Virus record (IMG/VR): IMGVR_UViG_3300015370_000568
Span: 67,085-131,084 of that record
Length of the DNA stretch: 64,000 nucleotides
DNA from: a virus
Reading direction: 5' to 3' (one strand)
A program made the translations under genes and the position numbers. Every line of letters starts with the position of its first letter. The first letter of the stretch is position 1. The notes under the pieces were generated by a model. It saw only the letters and a program-made list of their open reading frames with translations. It was not told where the DNA came from and did not search any database. This document shows positions 1-9,607 of the stretch, one piece after another.

Positions 1-1121
1 GATGCATAGGATTTATTCTCCAAATCTTTGAGACACTTCACTACGTAACTTAATTGTGCAGTATCTAGTTCTGCTGCAATTGGCAAAGACAGCACTTCTT
101 GAGCTGCTAACTGTGTCTCAAATAAAGAAGGTCTATCACTAGAAAAATTCTTATTAAAGCAATGCATACAATGCAAAGGCTTTGGATAATATACTGCAGA
201 CGACACTCCTGCAATAGCTAAAGCTTCTTTCACCTGATTTCTGTTGCCATCACGTAGACGTACTGTGTACTGATTCCAGACATGCTCTCCTCGGATACGT
301 TGCGGAAGAATGAGTTTGGTATTGTTGAGAGTTGCATCATAGAATGCAGCATGTAGCCCACGATGGGCAGCTATTTCGTCGAGATACTTCAACTTTATGT
401 TAAGAAGAGCAGCCTGTATAGCATCTAAGCGAAAGTTACCACCAATAAACTCATGATGATACAGCTCGCTTCCCATACCATGATTACGAGCCATGCGAAG
501 GTTATGTGCTATCATATCATTATTCGTGACAGCCAAACCTCCATCTCCAAAGCCACCAAGGTTCTTCGAAGGAAAGAAAGAAAAGCAGCCGATCTGACCT
601 AACGAACCTACCTTCCTACCATCTAAGGCAGCTCCAAATGCCTGACAAGCATCTTCGATAACTGACAATTCATACTGCTGAGCAATATTATTGATGGAAT
701 TCATGTCAGCTGGTTGACCAAACAGATGAACTGGGATAATGGCCTTAGTCTTGCATGTAATAGCTTTTTCGATAAGCTCATAGTCTATTGTAAAGCAATC
801 AGGCCTAATATCTACAAAAACAGGAATAGCTCCTATACGAGCAATTGCTCCAGCTGTAGCAAAGAAAGTAAAGGAAGGACAGATAATCTCATCTCCTGGC
901 TCAATTCTTAGAGCCAGTAAAGCAGCAATTAAAGCATCAGTTCCAGAAGACATTCCGATAGCATACTTAACTCCTAAATACTTAGCACAAGCTTCTTCAA
1001 ATACTTTTACTTCTTCATCTAGAATATACTTGCCACTACGAAGAACGCGAATAGCAGCTTCTTCTAATTCTCTTTGGAATTTAGCATTGCCTTGAATAGG
1101 ATCTAACATCCTAACTTTCAT
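1..1121 (-). CDS. DegT/DnrJ/EryC1/StrS PLP-dependent sugar aminotransferase (WbpE/WlbC-like), 3' end runs off the window
   Basis: Absent from the ORF track; translated by hand from ATG at 1121 (ATGA overlap with the upstream stop): MKVRMLDPIQGNAKFQRELEEAAIRVLRSGKYIL...GMSSGTDAL...IEDACQAFGA...CFSFFPSKNLGGFGDGG (PLP lysine)...EVLSLPI. No stop before position 1. Confidence 0.93.
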   Translation of the reverse strand, partial: MKVRMLDPIQGNAKFQRELEEAAIRVLRSGKYILDEEVKVFEEACAKYLGVKYAIGMSSGTDALIAALLALRIEPGDEIICPSFTFFATAGAIARIGAIPVFVDIRPDCFTIDYELIEKAITCKTKAIIPVHLFGQPADMNSINNIAQQYELSVIEDACQAFGAALDGRKVGSLGQIGCFSFFPSKNLGGFGDGGLAVTNNDMIAHNLRMARNHGMGSELYHHEFIGGNFRLDAIQAALLNIKLKYLDEIAAHRGLHAAFYDATLNNTKLILPQRIRGEHVWNQYTVRLRDGNRNQVKEALAIAGVSSAVYYPKPLHCMHCFNKNFSSDRPSLFETQLAAQEVLSLPIAAELDTAQLSYVVKCLKDLENKSYA

Positions 1122-1768
1122 GATAGCACCTGCTTTAATATCTCTTTAAGCCTTCTATTGTCTCGTAAGTATTTTACAACACCATGACCTACGTATGGAA
1201 CTTGATGTACTGTGACCGAAAGAGAACAAGACAACAAAGATGCATGCTCTGTATCTGGAGATCCTTGCCCGTGATAAATAGTCAAAGGGATTGTCCCTCG
1301 ATCTTTGAAATTGTCGAGATTAAGGTATTGAGGAGTTTTGGTCTGAGCCAAAATCTTATCCCATCCGTCCCAACGAGAATCACGGAGCTGAATTCTCTTA
1401 TCTTTCGAAAGAAAACAAATCGGAGAAAAAGCTAGAATCGAATCGACTCCTAGCAGATATCCAAAAAGAATTGCTCCATAGCCACCAGCAGAATTTCCAC
1501 AAGCAACAATAGAATTGGTGATTTGATGATCTTGTAACAAAGTTTGCAAATAAACTTTTGTAGAAGAGATATCATGAGTAATTGGAGGAAGGCCTCGATG
1601 ATACCAGGATTGGGCAAAATCTCTAACAAAAACTCTATTGCAATTGAAACCTTCTGTAACCTTAAAAAATTCTCTTGGAGGAATCTCTAATGCATTAGCT
1701 ATTCCGCCAAAACATAATAATGTCTTCCGATTAGAAAATATTTCCCCAAAGAATTCAACAGGAAGCAT
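1118..1768 (-). CDS. Alpha/beta-hydrolase-fold protein (putative esterase/acyltransferase)
   Basis: Nucleophile elbow GNSAGGYGAI, LAFSP, C-terminal GHG. Start moved from 1798 to ATG 1768 to reduce overlap. Confidence 0.72.
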   Translation of the reverse strand: MLPVEFFGEIFSNRKTLLCFGGIANALEIPPREFFKVTEGFNCNRVFVRDFAQSWYHRGLPPITHDISSTKVYLQTLLQDHQITNSIVACGNSAGGYGAILFGYLLGVDSILAFSPICFLSKDKRIQLRDSRWDGWDKILAQTKTPQYLNLDNFKDRGTIPLTIYHGQGSPDTEHASLLSCSLSVTVHQVPYVGHGVVKYLRDNRRLKEILKQVLS

Positions 1769-2405
1769 AATTAACTTCATCCAACAATTTCTGAGCATTC
1801 AGTAAGGGTAAATACTTCTGTAAGAACTCTAATTGTTCCAGTTGCAAATACATTTTTCCAGCATTAGGAGGTAACTTTGTCGCATATCCTGGAGGTAAAG
1901 AGCCAATACGTCTAAGAGGATTTCCTACATACACCCCTTCGTTTAACAGACTTTTCACCACAACACTTCCTCCTCCAATAATTACATGAGGAGAAATATA
2001 AAGACCAGCTAAAAGAGATACTTGTGAACCAATAATAGAGCCAGCTCCAATATAAGTCAATAGCTGTGTGCCTTGTAACGAAGGCCGTCTATGTGTTACA
2101 TGTTTAGTATGGTTGGTTACTACTCCTGGGCCCAAAAATACATCATCCTCAACAATATTGGCTTTGGACAGAATAGCTCCTGTACGAGCAACTACATTAT
2201 TACCGACCCAACAGGCACCTGTAGTAACACAATTATCGGCTAACTCTACTCCATCGCCGAAGTGGGTCCCCTTCTTTAGCATGACATAATTGCCTAACTT
2301 CACTTCCTTTCCCACGACTACATCTTCTTCTATAATACAGAAATTGCCAATCTTTAAGCTAGCCCCATATTGAAAGGATGGATGTATGATATTGTGTGAC
2401 AACAT
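1755..2405 (-). CDS. Left-handed beta-helix (hexapeptide) acyltransferase
   Basis: Hexapeptide repeats (LKIGNF, VKLGNY, VFLGPG, YIGAGS, IIGGGSVV) and VYVGNP motif. Confidence 0.85.
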   Translation of the reverse strand: MLSHNIIHPSFQYGASLKIGNFCIIEEDVVVGKEVKLGNYVMLKKGTHFGDGVELADNCVTTGACWVGNNVVARTGAILSKANIVEDDVFLGPGVVTNHTKHVTHRRPSLQGTQLLTYIGAGSIIGSQVSLLAGLYISPHVIIGGGSVVVKSLLNEGVYVGNPLRRIGSLPPGYATKLPPNAGKMYLQLEQLEFLQKYLPLLNAQKLLDEVNYASC

Positions 2406-2418
2406 ACTTTTCTCCTTG

Positions 2419-3129
2419 TTACTCTTTATACCCCAAAGTTTTAATGGCTAATGGTAACATCTCATTCAAAATATTTAGTTCATCTTTAGGTAAGCTTTTC
2501 CACCGTTCATCTCTCTTCTTTCCTTTATCTTGGAAGCTTGTATTGACATAATTAGCTGTCTGGATAGCAATAAGATGAGAATAGAATGCCTCGTCTAACT
2601 CTAAATCAAGATGTCTGAATATCAATTTCAAAGTAGATAAAGGATTATTCATCAGTTCCTCAAAAGATAAGAGAAAAAACTGTGAATTATCTCTTATTAA
2701 AGAAACTGATTCTGCTTCATTGCAGGCATGCCGACATAAAGTCCTGAGAAGATCCTTCCGCTTTTCCCCTTGCAACCGAGCACGTTTTGCTAAACTACAG
2801 ATTCTGTTTCTAGGATCACGAAGAAGATAAATGAACTTCCAGCTCCCAGGAAGAGAATTATAGAAACTAGGAGCACAACTAGCTGGTGGAGTCCACATAT
2901 AAGCATCTAGACAATTTGAGAGTTGCGATTCGAGTCGACTTGGAACTGGCGTTGAAATCCCTCCATAAAAAAATCTTCCCTTTTTAGGAGGTAGCGTGTG
3001 AAGCCAGAATGGTTTCTCGTAAGATAAACCTCCAAATTTATTGTCACAAGTTCCTGGATGGCCGATGAGTATTGCTGTTAGGAAAGTGGATCCTGTCCGT
3101 TCTGATACTAAAAAAAGAGCACGACTCAT
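2419..3129 (-). CDS. PAPS-dependent sulfotransferase family protein
   Basis: 5'-PSB-like loop ERTGSTFL, 3'-PB-like IYLLRDPRNRICS, LSFEELMNNP and a C-terminal RWK...LGY typical of the family. Confidence 0.82.
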   Translation of the reverse strand: MSRALFLVSERTGSTFLTAILIGHPGTCDNKFGGLSYEKPFWLHTLPPKKGRFFYGGISTPVPSRLESQLSNCLDAYMWTPPASCAPSFYNSLPGSWKFIYLLRDPRNRICSLAKRARLQGEKRKDLLRTLCRHACNEAESVSLIRDNSQFFLLSFEELMNNPLSTLKLIFRHLDLELDEAFYSHLIAIQTANYVNTSFQDKGKKRDERWKSLPKDELNILNEMLPLAIKTLGYKE

Positions 3130-3560
3130 CTTCTTCCTCTCTCTGCTGCAGGATTGCCATATATGAAACTATTAGGTGGCACATCTTTAGTTACAACTGC
3201 TCCGGCCCCTATTAGAGTCCCTTGGCCAATATGAATTCCACATAAAATTGTTACATTAGCTCCTATAGAAACATCATCCTCAATTTTTGTAGAAAGAAGC
3301 GTCCATGTTCCTACTGCTCTTGGATATCTATCATTAGTAAAACAAACATGAGGTCCGATAAAAACACGATTACCAATCAGAACACCTGGAGGAATAAAAG
3401 CAAATGCTCCAATTTTACAATCATCTCCGACTTCTACCCCTTCTCCAATTTCTACAAAAGTAGCTATTTTAGTTCTTTTACCTATCGTGCATCTATATAA
3501 ATTGACTAACTCTGGATGTAATAACTGGACCCCTTCGCCTACCTGAACATTATCTAACAT
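3126..3560 (-). CDS. Hexapeptide N-acetyltransferase (WbpD/WlbB/FdtC-like)
   Basis: VFIGPHVCFTND, VSIGANVTIL, LIGAGAVVTKDVP and YGNPA; adjacent to the Gfo/Idh/MocA gene. Confidence 0.88.
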   Translation of the reverse strand: MLDNVQVGEGVQLLHPELVNLYRCTIGKRTKIATFVEIGEGVEVGDDCKIGAFAFIPPGVLIGNRVFIGPHVCFTNDRYPRAVGTWTLLSTKIEDDVSIGANVTILCGIHIGQGTLIGAGAVVTKDVPPNSFIYGNPAAERGRR

Positions 3561-4509
3561 TATCTTCTCCCATTGCTTGAAGTGTTACTGATAATGTTTG
3601 TAAACTATTTTCCACTGTAACAATATTCTCTGTTTTTCCTGTTGTAACTGCAACAAGAAATTCAGCTAGTTCATCCTTTAGAGGTTCTCTTCGAAAGTTT
3701 ACCATAACTTGATGGCTTGGTTCGCCATATTGTAATACGAAATCTGAGAAAGAAGAAACAGAAGCACTTATAGTAGGATTGAAAAAGATAATCTTTTGAG
3801 TAATCAAATCTACTTCACAATAACCTAGAGTTCCGGTCACTTCCCATCTTCTAATTTTGACAGGAGAAATCCAATTAGCTTCACAGGTAACTGAAGCTGA
3901 ACCAAACTGTAATAGACATTGCGCTGCATTGACTAATGTATCTCGCGCATGTTGGCTCGTAACTATATAATCTGGTGTCTCTCCAAACAGAGATAAAGCC
4001 AGATCAAGATCATGTGTCATTAAGTCTAAAATGACATTATCAGCAGATCGAGGAGTTCCTCCTACTCTTTTTACATGAATAGAGATAATTTCCCCTAACT
4101 GTTCTCTTTGTATAAGAGAACATAATGCCCGAAAAGCAGGATTAAAACGCTCAATATATCCAACAGCAATAATTGTTTTTGCATTCTGAGCCATAGTTAA
4201 AAGAGCGGAAGCATCCTGCAAATTATCGCAAATAGGTTTCTCTACTAAAACAGGGAGACTATACTCTAGACATAATCTCGCAAGTGGATAATGTGTCTGA
4301 GTAGGTGTAGCTATAGACATACAATCTAAATTTACTGTTCCAAGCATTGTTTCAACATCTTCGAACCAAGGAACTTGATACTTTTCTCCTAATTCTTTTG
4401 CAATACTAGCATCAGTATCACAAACTGCTCCCAAAACACCTAATTCGTGATATACTCGTACATGATGACGGCCCATAGCTCCTAATCCAGCAACTCCGGC
4501 TTTATTCAT
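3550..4509 (-). CDS. Gfo/Idh/MocA NAD-dependent oxidoreductase (WbpB/WlbA-like sugar 3-dehydrogenase)
   Basis: GLGAMGRHH Rossmann motif, IATPTQTH, LVEKP, VGYIERFNPA, ILDLMTHDLD. Confidence 0.9.
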   Translation of the reverse strand: MNKAGVAGLGAMGRHHVRVYHELGVLGAVCDTDASIAKELGEKYQVPWFEDVETMLGTVNLDCMSIATPTQTHYPLARLCLEYSLPVLVEKPICDNLQDASALLTMAQNAKTIIAVGYIERFNPAFRALCSLIQREQLGEIISIHVKRVGGTPRSADNVILDLMTHDLDLALSLFGETPDYIVTSQHARDTLVNAAQCLLQFGSASVTCEANWISPVKIRRWEVTGTLGYCEVDLITQKIIFFNPTISASVSSFSDFVLQYGEPSHQVMVNFRREPLKDELAEFLVAVTTGKTENIVTVENSLQTLSVTLQAMGEDNVR

Positions 4510-5542
4510 TTAACATCCTTTCTAAAAGTTGCTTAATTTGTTCTGCTTCTACGTCATAGTTTATCACCTTATCGAATTGCGCTAAAACCTTTTGAGACCA
4601 ATGTAAATTCTCTTCTGGTTCAAGCATGCGTCTAATAAGACGACAATTCTCTGCTATACTAGCAGCTTCAAGGTTAAGACAAGTAACTCCAGGAATAAAC
4701 AGTTTTGGTGCTTCTCCTCCAAAAACAAAGACATCACTCATCTGCGTAATTACCGGTCTGCCAGAAGCAAACCATCCCATGGCTGTATGGCCAAATCCAT
4801 CAAGAGGTTTAATATGCCAACCAAGATTAGCTAATTGCATATACTTAGCAACACCTTGACTTCCTGACAAAGGTCCTTGCGGACAAGATGCTCCATATGC
4901 TCTCATATCTACTTCTGATAATAAACTCTTATAAGTGTTAAATATTGTTGCTCTTGGAAGACAATTGACCATACTAAAAACATTTTTTGTCTGACTATCA
5001 GGCGGAACATAAAAATACTGATCGGGATCAATCTCTTGATGATAGTAAATAACATCCTGAACAGAAGTAGGAGGAAAAGGAACTGAATGAATAACATACT
5101 TAATAGAAGTTCGTTGACCTACGTTTCCTAATTGAGCCATTAGCTTAGCCTGAGGCTGATATTGATCTCTTAGTAACAAAAAAGGTTGATCGTGAGGTTG
5201 ATATGTAGATAGAATTATATCAAAAGACATATCACAAAAATGTTCAAAGGTAATAGCCTTATGATAAAATTGGTGCCCCGGATCCCAGGCAAAGTAGATA
5301 TCGTCCTGAACATAATGTTGGCCATTGAGATTTTTGTATGCATGCCAACCTTTTTGGTTGATATCTAGATACTGATGAACTGTATCTAATGCGTTTCCAT
5401 AAGGTTCAGCAATTTTCCAGAACCCCTTCTGAAACCAATCTAGTCCAATTGGACGATAAAGTTCCCATCCTAATCTCGTCTCAAATAGACGATGCAAAGA
5501 AAAGTAAAGATCACCATGATGAAAATCAGTAAAAACTTTCAT
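4502..5542 (-). CDS. Divergent GT-B glycosyltransferase
   Basis: C-terminal KPLDGFGHTAMGWFASGRPVI resembles the GT4 donor-binding region. N-terminus is paralogous to 6355..7317. Confidence 0.65.
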   Translation of the reverse strand: MKVFTDFHHGDLYFSLHRLFETRLGWELYRPIGLDWFQKGFWKIAEPYGNALDTVHQYLDINQKGWHAYKNLNGQHYVQDDIYFAWDPGHQFYHKAITFEHFCDMSFDIILSTYQPHDQPFLLLRDQYQPQAKLMAQLGNVGQRTSIKYVIHSVPFPPTSVQDVIYYHQEIDPDQYFYVPPDSQTKNVFSMVNCLPRATIFNTYKSLLSEVDMRAYGASCPQGPLSGSQGVAKYMQLANLGWHIKPLDGFGHTAMGWFASGRPVITQMSDVFVFGGEAPKLFIPGVTCLNLEAASIAENCRLIRRMLEPEENLHWSQKVLAQFDKVINYDVEAEQIKQLLERMLNE

Positions 5543-6327
5543 CTTTCTCTCGCGGGATTGCCATAAGCTATAGACCTAGCTGCAATATTCTTTGTGACAA
5601 CACTACCTGCTCCAATCATAGCTCCATCTCCAACTTCAACTCCAGGCAAAACGATTGCTCCTAATCCTAGATATGCTTTTTTCCCAATCCTCCCCCGTCC
5701 TACTATAACTCCAGAAGTAATAATTGCTGCTTCTTCTATATATGCATTATGTCCTATGTTAACCAAATTTCCAATCTTAACTTTGTCTTGAATAATAGTA
5801 TTCCCTATTGGTGATCTTGCAATTGCACAATTTGCCCCAATTTGTACATCATTACCAATAACCACCCCTCCAATATCTGGAAATGGCTCTTGATCAATAA
5901 TCCCTAAACCAGGACCTCCAATAATGGTTCCTGCATGAATAAGGCATCTTAATCCAAGAGAGACACAGGGATATATTTGTACTGAAGGATGGATATACGA
6001 CAGAGGCCGAGAAGACACTATGAAAGTACGAATTACCTGGGCAATTGCTTTTTTAGCATCAGCTACATAAAGAATAGTTGCTGCTGTAAAATCCTGAAGT
6101 TTTGGTGACAAAGTCTTATCGCTCAAAACAATCGCTGCCTGGATCTTTTGATGGCAGAACACTCGTTCTGTCACAAATGTCAACGATTGTATGTCGCTAT
6201 TAGAAAGAGGACGAATTTTATTGCAACTTTGAGATAAATCTCCATAGAATGAATCAGGACTAAGAATCAAAACAAGATCATAGGCTGTAATAGCCTTAGG
6301 AAACTCTGTGAGTTTAGCAAAAGACAT
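5539..6327 (-). CDS. LpxD-like left-handed beta-helix acyltransferase
   Basis: GGVVIGNDVQIGANCAIAR...KIGNLVNIGHNAYI matches the LpxD pattern with the His retained. N-terminal IRPLS...SLTFV resembles the LpxD N-domain. Confidence 0.75.
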   Translation of the reverse strand: MSFAKLTEFPKAITAYDLVLILSPDSFYGDLSQSCNKIRPLSNSDIQSLTFVTERVFCHQKIQAAIVLSDKTLSPKLQDFTAATILYVADAKKAIAQVIRTFIVSSRPLSYIHPSVQIYPCVSLGLRCLIHAGTIIGGPGLGIIDQEPFPDIGGVVIGNDVQIGANCAIARSPIGNTIIQDKVKIGNLVNIGHNAYIEEAAIITSGVIVGRGRIGKKAYLGLGAIVLPGVEVGDGAMIGAGSVVTKNIAARSIAYGNPARER

Positions 6328-6354
6328 TGCATAACCCTGAAAAATATTGATATC

Positions 6355-7317
6355 TCACAAGATACTCCTAAACCATTGTTCAATAGCAATAGCTTCTTGA
6401 GCAAAATCCATATCTTGAGCAAACAAACGTACTATATCCTTAACCTTTGACTGATACACAGCAGGTTGCGCCCATTCACGCAATATTTCTGCTGCTTCTT
6501 GAAGAGACCTAATACTAGGATCGATATCGACACAATTTACACCATCATGCAAATAATCTTGTGCTAGAGTATAATGTGTTCTGCAATAATGTTTTTCAAT
6601 GATTAAAGGCTTACCACAAGAAAGAGCTTCACGCCCTGCATATCCACAACATCCTCCAGGCTTTACGTAATAAACAAACATTGATTTTTGAAGTTTGGTA
6701 ACAAAATCAATTTGAGGAATACTTCCGATATGAAAAGAGAAATCAGGCATTGTTTTCTCTAAATCATAGAATTGTTTTATAGCGTCAGGGTAATTTCGTA
6801 AACGGTTAAAAGCATTATCTACTCGTTGTTCTGGCAATAAAGAATTAGGAGAATAACATAAAGGATGTTCTGGATGATATCTGATCCAATTTATCTCTTT
6901 TGGCATAGGTGTTTTAATAGACAGCAAGACATTCTTACATAACTTTGGCACTTCATGAATATTTGCAATATGGCAAATGTGTTTGGTAGTAGGCTTATTA
7001 CTAGCCATCAATTGAGCAAAAACTAATTCATTACTCCAAGCAGTACTTACTAAAAAATCGACTTCCAAATCCAAAAAACTCTTGACTGATAATGATCGGT
7101 ATTGATAATCTCCATAGACCGAATGGTTTGTTAGAAAACCATTTTCCTCACTAATTATAGAGGAATCGACAAGAGGCTGGGCCAGAACACCCTGTTCGGT
7201 CCAATCAGGAGTGATTGAAGAAGTCCATAGACGCCAACCTAAACGATGTTCAAAAAGAGTATACATAGAATAGAATAAATCTGGATGACCTACACAATCT
7301 ACAAAGACATTAACCAT
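6355..7317 (-). CDS. Divergent GT-B glycosyltransferase
   Basis: KPGGCCGYAGREALSCGKPLI and HDGVNC; paralogue of 4502..5542. Confidence 0.62.
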   Translation of the reverse strand: MVNVFVDCVGHPDLFYSMYTLFEHRLGWRLWTSSITPDWTEQGVLAQPLVDSSIISEENGFLTNHSVYGDYQYRSLSVKSFLDLEVDFLVSTAWSNELVFAQLMASNKPTTKHICHIANIHEVPKLCKNVLLSIKTPMPKEINWIRYHPEHPLCYSPNSLLPEQRVDNAFNRLRNYPDAIKQFYDLEKTMPDFSFHIGSIPQIDFVTKLQKSMFVYYVKPGGCCGYAGREALSCGKPLIIEKHYCRTHYTLAQDYLHDGVNCVDIDPSIRSLQEAAEILREWAQPAVYQSKVKDIVRLFAQDMDFAQEAIAIEQWFRSIL

Positions 7318-7940
7318 GATGCGTCCCGTTTCATGACGTAACGTACTACCGAAAACCCTTCAGCTAAAGGCTTTCCTATAGCTGCACCTCTAATAACTGC
7401 TTGGCCTCGGATAACTGGCTCAGCAGTATAATATAGCTCTTGTTGTGTATGGTAGAAAGAAAAGAGAGAGAGCTTATCATTAATATCTTGCTCAGATAAC
7501 TCAAGATAAAAATCAGCTGTAAATCCAGGACATGATCTTACACATTCATATCCAAGAATTGATCTATTCCGAAAGATACGATATGTTTCATCTGCTACTG
7601 TTTTATGATCCTGATGAATATCATTCCGCCAATGCGAGAAAATAACATCAGGATCAAACTCAGTTTTCTCTTGCTCTAATCTTGCACGAATTTCTCCAGC
7701 ATGAGCTGCTAAGTTTCTATTAGTCATATTGAGCATTAATACTGACCCGCCTTGTCCTGTAAGATAATGCTCAACGGCTGCTTGTTCTTGCTCTATGCCA
7801 TGATTTCTTGCCAAGTCAGTACAGCGGGAAAAAGAGAGATAACGGACTTTATGCTGTCGATCTCTTAGCAATAAAGAGAGAAAACCACCCGCCCCATGTT
7901 CTATATCATCAGTGTGGGCTCCTACAAACAGAAAGTTCAT
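7299..7940 (-). CDS. PIG-L/LmbE family N-deacetylase
   Basis: GAHTDDIEHGAGG (HxDD) and DIHQDH metal ligands. Start at 7940 gives an ATGA overlap. Confidence 0.88.
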   Translation of the reverse strand: MNFLFVGAHTDDIEHGAGGFLSLLLRDRQHKVRYLSFSRCTDLARNHGIEQEQAAVEHYLTGQGGSVLMLNMTNRNLAAHAGEIRARLEQEKTEFDPDVIFSHWRNDIHQDHKTVADETYRIFRNRSILGYECVRSCPGFTADFYLELSEQDINDKLSLFSFYHTQQELYYTAEPVIRGQAVIRGAAIGKPLAEGFSVVRYVMKRDASWLMSL

Positions 7941-8962
7941 TGCGTTAGAAATTCTTGCCATTCCTGTTTAATCTTCTCTTTCCCAAACAATCTAATAGCA
8001 TCTTCTCTACCTGTTCTACCTATCTCCTGAGCTACTTCAGGCATAGCCATCATAACTCTGATGGCATTATACAACTCTGCTTCATCATCAGCAATAAATC
8101 CATTAGCTCCATTGTTAATGAAGTCCTGAATTTCATAAAGAGGATAAGAAATCCATGCCGGATTACCATGCTTAGGTCCAATAGCTACAATAGGCATCCC
8201 CGTCATAGCCGCTTCAATGTAATTCAAAGTGTAAGAAGCAGGATGAGTACCAGTATAGAAATAGACGCGGTTCTTCCGTAACTCTTCTAGCTGCTGTTCA
8301 TACGTAACCTTCCCCATTCCAAAACCTGGTTGATTATTCTCTGGTCCGAAAAGCTTACGAGTAAAAGGTCTTGTCACGCGCTCAAAAATCCCATAATTAC
8401 AATGACTTCCCCGTTGTTCCATTGACTGAGCAAAGGTAATTACACACTCTTCTTCACCTGTATATCCTTTATATACTTCTGGGTCTTTATAGAAACGAAT
8501 AATAGCATCTTCGCCACAATAAGAGGGGATGTTTCTTTCCATGGGCGAGTAGCGAACTACTTGAAGACCATGATTTACATAAGGTTGAAGAGTTTGTTCG
8601 ATATTGTGAATAGACTGGCCGATAGTTCTCCAAATCACTCGCTTATGTTTAATAGCCTGCCAGTTATTGGTAATCCAACGGGGGATATGCATAACAATAA
8701 CTGCATCGAAAAGGTCAACAAATTCCCTGGTTAAGTGGTCCTTACCATCCTGACCAGGGAAAGCACTTCCGATACGGTCATATTGAGCTTTGATATCAGG
8801 ATTAACTGTCATACCTGGAATACCTGGACGCATAGTAGGATCGCCAGGATTAGCAGGTTCTACATAGGCTCCTGGAGAAAAAACCTCATGGCCTAATTCT
8901 GAAAGAAGCAGAACTTCATCGTGTTCAAGGATTGAATGACAACTAAGATAAAGAATCCGCAT
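7937..8962 (-). CDS. GT-B (GT4-like) glycosyltransferase
   Basis: SYTLNYIEAAMTGMPIVA, INNGANGFI, IGRTGRE...F pattern. Confidence 0.8.
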   Translation of the reverse strand: MRILYLSCHSILEHDEVLLLSELGHEVFSPGAYVEPANPGDPTMRPGIPGMTVNPDIKAQYDRIGSAFPGQDGKDHLTREFVDLFDAVIVMHIPRWITNNWQAIKHKRVIWRTIGQSIHNIEQTLQPYVNHGLQVVRYSPMERNIPSYCGEDAIIRFYKDPEVYKGYTGEEECVITFAQSMEQRGSHCNYGIFERVTRPFTRKLFGPENNQPGFGMGKVTYEQQLEELRKNRVYFYTGTHPASYTLNYIEAAMTGMPIVAIGPKHGNPAWISYPLYEIQDFINNGANGFIADDEAELYNAIRVMMAMPEVAQEIGRTGREDAIRLFGKEKIKQEWQEFLTQ

Positions 8963-8971
8963 AGATAGCTC

Positions 8972-9607
8972 CTATCTTACTGACTGCTTTCTCCACCACA
9001 ATGACTGTTGTAGATCTAGGAGACAGAGCCATTCCTTTCTATCAAGAAGAAGCTCTTTGAGAATAGCTGGTTTACCTCCTTCAGGTAATTGATTGTCATC
9101 GAGTAGAAGAATAGCTGTATCGGTTAGTTTATCTTCTGCTGCGAGGAATTCATGAAGACAATGGTTTTGTGCTTGAGCTCTACGAGCTGCTACATCTGGT
9201 AAATCATCCATAGGAAAATCTAGACTATCAAGATAGAGAAAATCAATAGCCGGCCCATCATATTCTTTCAAGAACTGTATCGAATCTCTTTTAACATATC
9301 TGATACACTTACTCCATTCTTCTGTACATGATCGACAAACTTCTAGATTATGTCCATCAATATCAACAGTAACAAGACTACCTCCATATTGAGTTAGAAA
9401 CTCGCCAAAGATGGAAGTACTCATTCCTGCCCCAAGATCATCAGCTAATCTTTGACAACCAGTCTCAACTACAACAGGATCTTTTGTCGTCTGAAGCAAT
9501 AGATTTAACCCTACTTGCCAGGTCCAATAACGTGAATTGGCACCTGAAAAGTAATAGTTTTCAAACAGCCAGTTGTTAGGACTATCGGTGAACATGAAAT
9601 TCTTCAC
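8972..9607 (-). CDS. Class I SAM-dependent methyltransferase (Methyltransf_24-like)
   Basis: VVETGC, LVTVDID, DSIQFL, IDFLYLDS, ILLLDD...GK motifs. Confidence 0.82.
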   Translation of the reverse strand: MKNFMFTDSPNNWLFENYYFSGANSRYWTWQVGLNLLLQTTKDPVVVETGCQRLADDLGAGMSTSIFGEFLTQYGGSLVTVDIDGHNLEVCRSCTEEWSKCIRYVKRDSIQFLKEYDGPAIDFLYLDSLDFPMDDLPDVAARRAQAQNHCLHEFLAAEDKLTDTAILLLDDNQLPEGGKPAILKELLLDRKEWLCLLDLQQSLWWRKQSVR

